DNA of 64,000 nucleotides from an uncultured Pseudohongiella sp. (GTDB lineage Bacteria; Pseudomonadota; Gammaproteobacteria; Pseudomonadales; Pseudohongiellaceae): NCBI GenBank assembly GCA_902597095.1, contig CACJWK010000011.1, positions 207 to 64,206 of the forward strand, read 5' to 3'. Shown piece by piece: positions 57,650 to 64,000 of this stretch (position 1 is its first letter; each line of letters starts with the position of its first letter). The notes under the pieces were generated by a model. It saw only the letters and a program-made list of their open reading frames with translations, ran no database searches and was not told where the DNA came from. The position numbers and the translations under genes were made by a program.

Positions 57650-60600
57650 CTCCAATCCACATAAATAGGCCTCTCCATCCAAGGAAGCTTAATTGTTGAA
57701 TAACTCCAAGGCAGCCCATCTAAGAGCATATCGAATGCTTTGGACTGCACAATAAGTTTCCAACTCTCATCTTGAAGTTGTAATTTAGCTTCTCGATGGA
57801 GAAATGATTCCCGTAAGCCAGCGATAGACGTGTTCTTTAATGAAGGCCAATTTGACAGCACACTTTTTAGTAACGTTTCCGAGAGATTAATTTCTTCCTC
57901 TGTAATATCGATATCTCTGATAATTGGAATACCAGGCTTCACCCCACACAATAGTTTATTCAAGACCAATTCGTACTCTGGGCGATTGGTCGATTCGCTT
58001 ACAATATATTGAAGCAGATGCACACCGCGCTCAGAGCTTCGACGATTAATAAATTTTTGCCCTGACGTCAGTTGTAAATTACTAAAGTAACGAGGCAAAT
58101 ATGTGGCTATTAAAACTAACCCTGCATTCTGTATATGTACCTCTTCTTTTATCTCTAAATCATCATCTATCGGTGAAGGTATATATGGTCGATGCTCTTC
58201 TCGTTCCCTCAAAATATCTTCTTCCTTCTTCGTAGCCATTCCTGAAGATTGATTTTTGGGATTATCTGTTCCATAGCGTATGCGAGAATCGTCTTGATTC
58301 TGCGTCTCTTCTCGTCCGCTTACTCCAGTCGATATATTCTCCTGAGTAGCGACCGCATTGCTCAAGATCATCGCGATTCTGACGCGAGTCGCATGCGTAT
58401 CGGCAGTGGTGGCCAACATCACTCCGCTGCTCAGTCGAGCACGGATTGTTTCTCTCTCACTAACATTTACTCTCTGCTCTAGATAAGCATAGTACTGCCT
58501 GATAAATACTATCTCATTAAAAGCCCGCCGCTCTATCAGCAGGTATCTATAGATAAACTGCCATTTCAATTGATGTAGTAAATTTTCGCTTACTTTAAAT
58601 GCATCAGCGTGCTCAATACACGCCATGGTCAATAAATCAGCATAGAGCACGGTTTGATAGTAGTCAGCGGGTTCGATAAGCAGCAAAATTTTCAGCAACG
58701 CGCTTTCAGGTAGAATGTTCGTGAGCCTAACGACAGCAGCTGGATTTAAGAGGGCTTCGTTCAATACTTCGTTTAAAGTAGAAGGTTGATTGTTTAAAAG
58801 AAAGTTTATCGTGCTCGCAACAGTCAATGACTCTTGTCTTCCAATAGTCAGATGCCCCAGCAGATATGCATTAAGCAAATTAAGAGTATTGGCACTCATC
58901 GTTAGTGGAAGACTTGTATCTTCTTCGGAGCGGTTCTCATTTTTTCTATTAAATTTTCCGGCCTTTTCTAAACTTAGCGATTTATTCAATTCCTCAATGC
59001 TACGGGGATTTTCGTGATCGAATTTAAATGCCTCTAGGCGACTCATTGCATCTTTGAAGATTTTACTTGATTCCTTTAATGATTCGTCTGCTTCCGCCAA
59101 TTCGCGGTAATACTTACTGTTGCTGGGCGAATTGTCTTTTTGCGATCTACTCGCTTTGCTATAACCCTGCTCTAACTCTGGATATAATCCCTGGTCAGAA
59201 AGGCCTGCAGACCTTTTGCCGTTTGGACCCTCGATGTAAGCAGAGCTTTCCCCAAGCGTACCGAACTCTTCTCCTGTTTCTATCAATTGAAATAGGGAAT
59301 CGATGTCTCTGGATTGATTCTTAACTAGGCGTCCCAATAGAGTTCCATAAGTAATAGTTTCTCGAGCCGCTGTCTGATCCAAATGTTCTAACTTTTTATC
59401 GAATTCAATAGCGCTAAAATTATAATCTCTTGCAAACTTCCGCACGAATTCATGTAGCAACTTTTTTTGTAGGCGCTTAGGTAAGAATTTATATATGGTC
59501 AGTAATGGTATGCGACCAGAACGGACCTCTTGATTAAATCGATACAGCCTCCACGGAAAGTTTTCAATTATTTCAAGTAGCAGTCTAATAATATTACGTG
59601 ATGTTTCGTCTGCTTCTTGCAATTCCCGGGAATACTTACTGCTGTCAGGCAATTCGTTTTTTTGCGATCTACTCGCTTTGCTATCATCCAGCTCAAACTC
59701 TGAATATGATTCCGGATCAGCCAGGGTTGAAAATCTTTTACCGTTCGCCCCCTTAGTGTCTGCAGAGCTTCCTTCATGCGTGTCGATCTTTTCATCAATT
59801 TCTATCAATCGAAATAAAGAATCGATGTCACTTGATTGATTCTTAAGTAGGCGTCTCAATAGAATTTCATAAGTAATAGTTTCTTGAGCCGCTGTTTGAT
59901 TTAAATGTTCAATCTTTCTCTCAAATTCAATAATGCTAAAATTATAATCTCTGGCAAAGTTCCGCACGAATTCATGTAGCAGTTTTTTTTGTAGGCGCTT
60001 AGGTAAATATCCGTATATGGCAAGTAATGATATGCGACCTGCACGGACTTCTTGATTAAATCGGTGTAGCTTCCATGGAAAGCTCTCAATTATTTCATGT
60101 AGCAGCCTAATAATTTTGCGTATCGCCTTGGCGGGCCCCACTTCTGCCCCTTGCATCAATTCTACGAGATCTTCATAAAGTAAGTAGCCTCTTACTAACT
60201 CAATTTGATGGACTTCACCTGTAGGTGATCTAGCTTTAGTTTTGGCAATCTGACTGTCTGACTCACCTTCTGTTACTGTCCAAGCCCACGAGTCCTTTTT
60301 GTCTCCTATAGACTCTAAAGAAACTGGTGCCGCATCTGGGCTGAGATAGGAACGAAGTCCTTGGAGGGTTGCTAGAATTTCACGAATTATCTTGCTTGGG
60401 TTTCCCACTGACGCGAGAGAATTTTCAATAATTCCTAAAAGTGCTAGAGCGGATGTATTTTCTCTAGCAGCCATCTTATTCAAAAGGCTAAGTAGGTAGG
60501 TCTTTTTGTTGAATTCCCCGCCGCGCTCAACTAATAAATACGTGAGCGTAAATTCCCATTTTAGTGATTTAATCGAGTCAGCGGATAATTGCGAGTAAGA

Positions 60601-62487
60601 TTGAGTTTCTGTCGATATATGCTCTGTGGTCACGATGGTGTAGATAAATTCGGAGTTTGCTCGCTCAATAATATCGATTATGTCCCTCAGCATGTTATCT
60701 TGAAACGTCCATGCCAGATTGCGGCGAACAGATGCTTTCTGACCCTCAACTCTTATTTTCTCATCCAACCACTCAGAATGTTTACCAATTAATTCCCGCC
60801 AAAATTGGGGAAGCTCACCTACTTTGGATTTGTGTATTGCATCACTAAATGCTGATCGGATTTCATGTGAAGGCCCGAATGTCTTATTTGTCAATCCATC
60901 TAAGATCTCATCTTCCGCTTTTTCGTCACTTTGAACCGCTGCCGAATTTAAGTTAGAAGATACATAATCTCTGCCTTCAAGTGGAATTGCTTGAGACAGA
61001 CCTGAATTCAACTTTATAAAAAGGTCAACCAAATCACTTTGCAAAGGAACAAGACTTTTATCTTGTCTTATTCGCTTAATGATCATGCTGTATAGATCTG
61101 CAGTTGAAACGCCGATTTGAGCAGCTAGTTGCCACATCACACTGGATAGAAAAGCTTTTCGACTAAAAACGGATTGGTGCTCAATAATTAGATAAGTGAT
61201 TGAGAACTCGAATATTTTTTTTTCGATTCCGTTTTTTTCCTCAAATATATTTAAGCCACTAAGGCCAGAGGAATCGAAGAACAAAACAACCTTTTCAATA
61301 AAATCTGTACTTGCCGGCTCAAGCAGTTCAGCAATGTCTCGGACCATTGCAGCTTCAAATTTTTGCGAAATGATGTACCTAATGTGCGCCGATTTCCCGA
61401 GCGACAGAATAGTGTCTCTTAAAAGTTCTCTACCATCACCCAGGAGACTGTGCCAAATAGGCTTTAGTTGGTCAGCTTCACCGGTTTTAAGCGACCGCAC
61501 TAACGTCCTTCGAAGTTCCGATAGATCCTGACTTTGTTCAACTTCTCTTTCCAGTGGCCCCGAATCCTTCTTAGGCGATAAACTGCGGGTCGTCGAAATC
61601 CAACCCGTATCCACCGAAATACGATCTTGGACTTTGAAAGAAGCTTCGCACAATAATTGATAAAGTTGATTCTTGCCGGTTTTTGTCTTTATCTGCTGGA
61701 TAAGCTGACGCAAAACTAGCGCTTGATTTTGGGGTAGAGCTGATGCAATTGAATTTGTGAGCACCATAATGATTTTATGCGGATCTGCTGGTTTTGCGTT
61801 TTGACTTAATGCAAACAACACCAGGTCAACCCACATCAATCGTCGAAGTTCAGAACTACTTAGACCGAAGCTATCCTTACTTAATACACATAAGTCATCA
61901 ACAATGGTGATCAATCCTGCTTGTTGACTTAGAAGTTGTAGGGCGATTTCACAAATAATCTCCTGAGGCAACTGTTTCGCGACGCGGTGTACTTCCTTAA
62001 TCCGCGAAGTCGAACCTGCAAGATATTTAATCAAGCCATCTGGGTTTTCCTTAAGGACTTTTTTGAATAGCTTCTCAAGCCCATTCGCATCCTTAACTAA
62101 GGCATTCCATGGGAGATACCCGTTTTTTAGGTAATCAAGAATAATTTCTAATTCAGCTCCCTTTTTTTTGATTCTCCTATTTGCTGAATTTGGATTCACT
62201 TCTAATTGGGATATTTCATCATTGAAACATGATCGTAGTTGTCTATCCAATTTGTTTGCGTAATCATCATAAAAATACGCGAGAGAGATTTCACCAAGAT
62301 CGATCTCTAAATACTCAAACCAAAGCACATCATCTTTTTCAGAATAGTCTTCGAAGATCTCTTCGATCATTAACAACACTGTAGATTTAATAAATTTTTC
62401 AAAGTCATTCTGATAGAGAAATGCTGTTTCTTCATTGGGAAATGAAGTATCAAATGTAAGTGTCTCTATACAATTTTTCACAATCAT
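57646..62487 (-). CDS. eCIS tape measure protein (Afp14/Pvc14-like)
   Basis: 1613 aa. The N-terminal block is WFEYLEIDLGEISL. The C-terminal block is NAGLVLIATYLPRYF...VHLLQYIVSE...PEYELVLNKLLCGV...LKNTSIAGLRESFLHREAKL...WKLIVQSKAFDMLLDGLPWSYSTIKLPWMERPIYVDW. I recognise both as the conserved ends of contractile-injection-system tape measure proteins, from memory and not from a search. Confidence 0.75.
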   Translation of the reverse strand: MIVKNCIETLTFDTSFPNEETAFLYQNDFEKFIKSTVLLMIEEIFEDYSEKDDVLWFEYLEIDLGEISLAYFYDDYANKLDRQLRSCFNDEISQLEVNPNSANRRIKKKGAELEIILDYLKNGYLPWNALVKDANGLEKLFKKVLKENPDGLIKYLAGSTSRIKEVHRVAKQLPQEIICEIALQLLSQQAGLITIVDDLCVLSKDSFGLSSSELRRLMWVDLVLFALSQNAKPADPHKIIMVLTNSIASALPQNQALVLRQLIQQIKTKTGKNQLYQLLCEASFKVQDRISVDTGWISTTRSLSPKKDSGPLEREVEQSQDLSELRRTLVRSLKTGEADQLKPIWHSLLGDGRELLRDTILSLGKSAHIRYIISQKFEAAMVRDIAELLEPASTDFIEKVVLFFDSSGLSGLNIFEEKNGIEKKIFEFSITYLIIEHQSVFSRKAFLSSVMWQLAAQIGVSTADLYSMIIKRIRQDKSLVPLQSDLVDLFIKLNSGLSQAIPLEGRDYVSSNLNSAAVQSDEKAEDEILDGLTNKTFGPSHEIRSAFSDAIHKSKVGELPQFWRELIGKHSEWLDEKIRVEGQKASVRRNLAWTFQDNMLRDIIDIIERANSEFIYTIVTTEHISTETQSYSQLSADSIKSLKWEFTLTYLLVERGGEFNKKTYLLSLLNKMAARENTSALALLGIIENSLASVGNPSKIIREILATLQGLRSYLSPDAAPVSLESIGDKKDSWAWTVTEGESDSQIAKTKARSPTGEVHQIELVRGYLLYEDLVELMQGAEVGPAKAIRKIIRLLHEIIESFPWKLHRFNQEVRAGRISLLAIYGYLPKRLQKKLLHEFVRNFARDYNFSIIEFERKIEHLNQTAAQETITYEILLRRLLKNQSSDIDSLFRLIEIDEKIDTHEGSSADTKGANGKRFSTLADPESYSEFELDDSKASRSQKNELPDSSKYSRELQEADETSRNIIRLLLEIIENFPWRLYRFNQEVRSGRIPLLTIYKFLPKRLQKKLLHEFVRKFARDYNFSAIEFDKKLEHLDQTAARETITYGTLLGRLVKNQSRDIDSLFQLIETGEEFGTLGESSAYIEGPNGKRSAGLSDQGLYPELEQGYSKASRSQKDNSPSNSKYYRELAEADESLKESSKIFKDAMSRLEAFKFDHENPRSIEELNKSLSLEKAGKFNRKNENRSEEDTSLPLTMSANTLNLLNAYLLGHLTIGRQESLTVASTINFLLNNQPSTLNEVLNEALLNPAAVVRLTNILPESALLKILLLIEPADYYQTVLYADLLTMACIEHADAFKVSENLLHQLKWQFIYRYLLIERRAFNEIVFIRQYYAYLEQRVNVSERETIRARLSSGVMLATTADTHATRVRIAMILSNAVATQENISTGVSGREETQNQDDSRIRYGTDNPKNQSSGMATKKEEDILREREEHRPYIPSPIDDDLEIKEEVHIQNAGLVLIATYLPRYFSNLQLTSGQKFINRRSSERGVHLLQYIVSESTNRPEYELVLNKLLCGVKPGIPIIRDIDITEEEINLSETLLKSVLSNWPSLKNTSIAGLRESFLHREAKLQLQDESWKLIVQSKAFDMLLDGLPWSYSTIKLPWMERPIYVDWR
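59083..60126 (-). repeat. Tandem in-frame duplication, 2 x 522 bp, inside the tape measure gene
   Basis: Anchor strings recur at an offset of exactly 522 nt (TTCGTCTGCTTC at 59083 and 59605; CTAATAAT at 59585 and 60107). The protein units begin IIRLLHEIIESFPWKLHRFNQEVRAGRI and IIRLLLEIIENFPWRLYRFNQEVRSGRI. Confidence 0.9.
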
Positions 62488-64000
62488 TACGTAGCTTTCT
62501 CAAGCCTGTCCCAACTAAAGCTATCAGAGGTTTGCCTGCTATTCTGATCTAAAAGCTTAATTTCATGTAATAAGTATTTTAAGTATGCAGATTTATTTTG
62601 GATCCAGTGATTATGGATCCTGGTAAATTCTCGGTAATCTTCTGGAACAAGCCAATGGAATTCGACGGAATCAAGGCTTGTGTTATATTCAAGTATTATG
62701 TTTTCGATTATGTTCTTAAGCGCGTGGAAGTAATCTATTTGCCCGATCCGAATACGAAAAACAGAAAATTTAGGAAGCACAATACTTATTCTTCCATTAT
62801 AAAATTCAAAGTCATGAAAATTTGTCTTATTTATCTCGATCAGATCGGAATGATGCACAATTCGATACTCGAATTTATCAATTTCTAATTGGAGACTGGG
62901 CATGTTTGCGAGATAGCTTGATTCCTTATCGTCTTCACGCCTTGAACTTAACTTCAATTGCTCATATCTGGTGGCAAGCTTTTCAGAAAAAAGGCCTATT
63001 GACTCTCTTATTTGAAAATCCATCTTACTTCGCTCTAAATTTAGGCGATTCGCACGAAAACTTTGAATATTCAAAAACGTCAACAGCGACGCGCTCGCAA
63101 GATCAAACCCAAGGACTCTCCTACTTTCCAAGTTTCTTTGAAATTTAGACCAGATTTCATAGCGTTTTTCGAATTCGCACATCTCTTCGAATCCGAGCCA
63201 AAAGAAATCTACAGCGATATGAGAAGGGCAGTTTTTTCTGACGGTTTGTTCCGCGAAAGCCACAAAGCTCGGATCACTTGAGCGGGCCGTCCACTTCGGA
63301 AACAGTACACTTATTCGATTAGCATATTTTTCTTTCGATCTATCTGAGAGGTATTTGAAACCGCTCGGCCTAAGCAGTATGTGTTCGATAACATGCATGC
63401 CTTCTGATTCGAGACTTAGATCGATTAAAATCTTCCTTAAGATCTGAGCCTCAAGTTTCAGCGATCTTTGGCCAAGACCCTTTAGTAATGAGAGACTTTC
63501 TCGCTTTGCGCTATTTTCCGAACCGTCCAAATATTCGAGAATTAATTCATCTTGTTTTGCGTTATATCTGTAGTTCCTCTTCGCAATTCCAGCGCGAAGT
63601 GTTTTTAACCACAACTCTTCGTCATTAAGGACGCCAAATTGCGCGAGCTTACTCCTTATGAAAGTCGCCCTCTCTAACTCTGCAGCCGTATCATTCTCAC
63701 TCTCGGTGTTAGGTTTTTTTGATGAGCTGTCAGCAGATTTATATTGAAGGTGGTCGTAAAAGCTCAGACCCAATCTTAGTACTGGCGCGGTCAATGATCG
63801 AGCATGAAGATATTTGAAGCCCAGAAAAATACTGCTTCGATATTGTAATCCAGACATGTTTTGCAAAGAGTCATCTTCGAATTCTGTTCCCCCTGTAGGC
63901 TTTTCCGAAAGTGCATCAAACTCGCTAAAATTTTGGGCGCCGCCTCTATCTCCACTTGCGAACTTAATACGATTCAATAGCCGTATTTTATTAAGAATAG
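62487..64000 (-). CDS. eCIS-operon protein of unknown function; the ORF is open at the window edge (partial, C-terminal >=496 aa)
   Basis: The reading frame has no stop between the listed TTG (63977) and position 64000, so the gene probably starts outside the window. Its stop overlaps the tape measure start (TAATG). It contains HVIEHILLRP and two related modules ending FFWLGFEEMCEFEKRYEIW and EFHWLVPEDYREFTRIHNHW. Confidence 0.6.
   Translation of the reverse strand, partial: ILNKIRLLNRIKFASGDRGGAQNFSEFDALSEKPTGGTEFEDDSLQNMSGLQYRSSIFLGFKYLHARSLTAPVLRLGLSFYDHLQYKSADSSSKKPNTESENDTAAELERATFIRSKLAQFGVLNDEELWLKTLRAGIAKRNYRYNAKQDELILEYLDGSENSAKRESLSLLKGLGQRSLKLEAQILRKILIDLSLESEGMHVIEHILLRPSGFKYLSDRSKEKYANRISVLFPKWTARSSDPSFVAFAEQTVRKNCPSHIAVDFFWLGFEEMCEFEKRYEIWSKFQRNLESRRVLGFDLASASLLTFLNIQSFRANRLNLERSKMDFQIRESIGLFSEKLATRYEQLKLSSRREDDKESSYLANMPSLQLEIDKFEYRIVHHSDLIEINKTNFHDFEFYNGRISIVLPKFSVFRIRIGQIDYFHALKNIIENIILEYNTSLDSVEFHWLVPEDYREFTRIHNHWIQNKSAYLKYLLHEIKLLDQNSRQTSDSFSWDRLEKAT

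Noticed and set aside
59083-60126. A possible CRISPR-like or non-coding tandem array.
   Set aside because: There are only two units of 522 bp. They are in frame inside a long ORF and have no short repeat/spacer structure. I saw no CRISPR array anywhere in the window.

Overview
This 64-kb window comes from a Gram-negative, moderately AT-rich genome. The evidence is a TonB-dependent receptor, lipoprotein boxes and TolB-like proteins. It is probably a marine proteobacterium, but I cannot verify that without a search. All protein family calls come from motifs I recognise by eye, not from searches. The window has three parts. (1) 1-21.4 kb is a mosaic accessory region. It is punctuated by at least seven full or partial copies of a ~335-nt composite repeat. 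The core of that repeat is a tRNA-like 3' half: a CTCATAA loop, a GGTTCGAGTCC T-arm and an ACCA end. The flanks look like attP arms. Cargo here is a GST, two serine hydrolases, a BCCT transporter with a homocysteine S-methyltransferase, and a paralog array of TolB-like beta-propeller membrane proteins. The array has three intact copies and one truncated copy, each paired with a small single-TM protein, and several partners are decayed. (2) 21.5-48.7 kb holds sdaA and then a ~22-kb co-directional minus-strand gene string. In order it encodes a TonB-dependent receptor, an M20 peptidase, a MacB-type ABC system with three separate permeases, a DUF885-like protein and a second, near-identical M20 peptidase (a 1553-bp direct repeat). 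It ends with an Opp/Dpp-type peptide importer interrupted by SDR, deacetylase and gamma-glutamyltransferase genes. (3) 48.8-64 kb is a genomic island that opens with another att copy, a decayed tyrosine integrase and an IS remnant. It carries the distal end of an extracellular contractile injection system (eCIS, Afp/PVC-like) operon. That end includes a 1613-aa tape-measure protein with an internal 522-bp tandem duplication and an Afp15-like AAA+ ATPase. Non-canonical genes follow: a 948-aa membrane-anchored protein, a methyltransferase, a DUF900 lipoprotein lacking its nucleophile, and a candidate cargo protein with a DNRPEAIAQRKLQ leader. The operon runs off the window at 64000. I saw no rRNA, no complete tRNA, no CRISPR array and no intact transposase or integrase.
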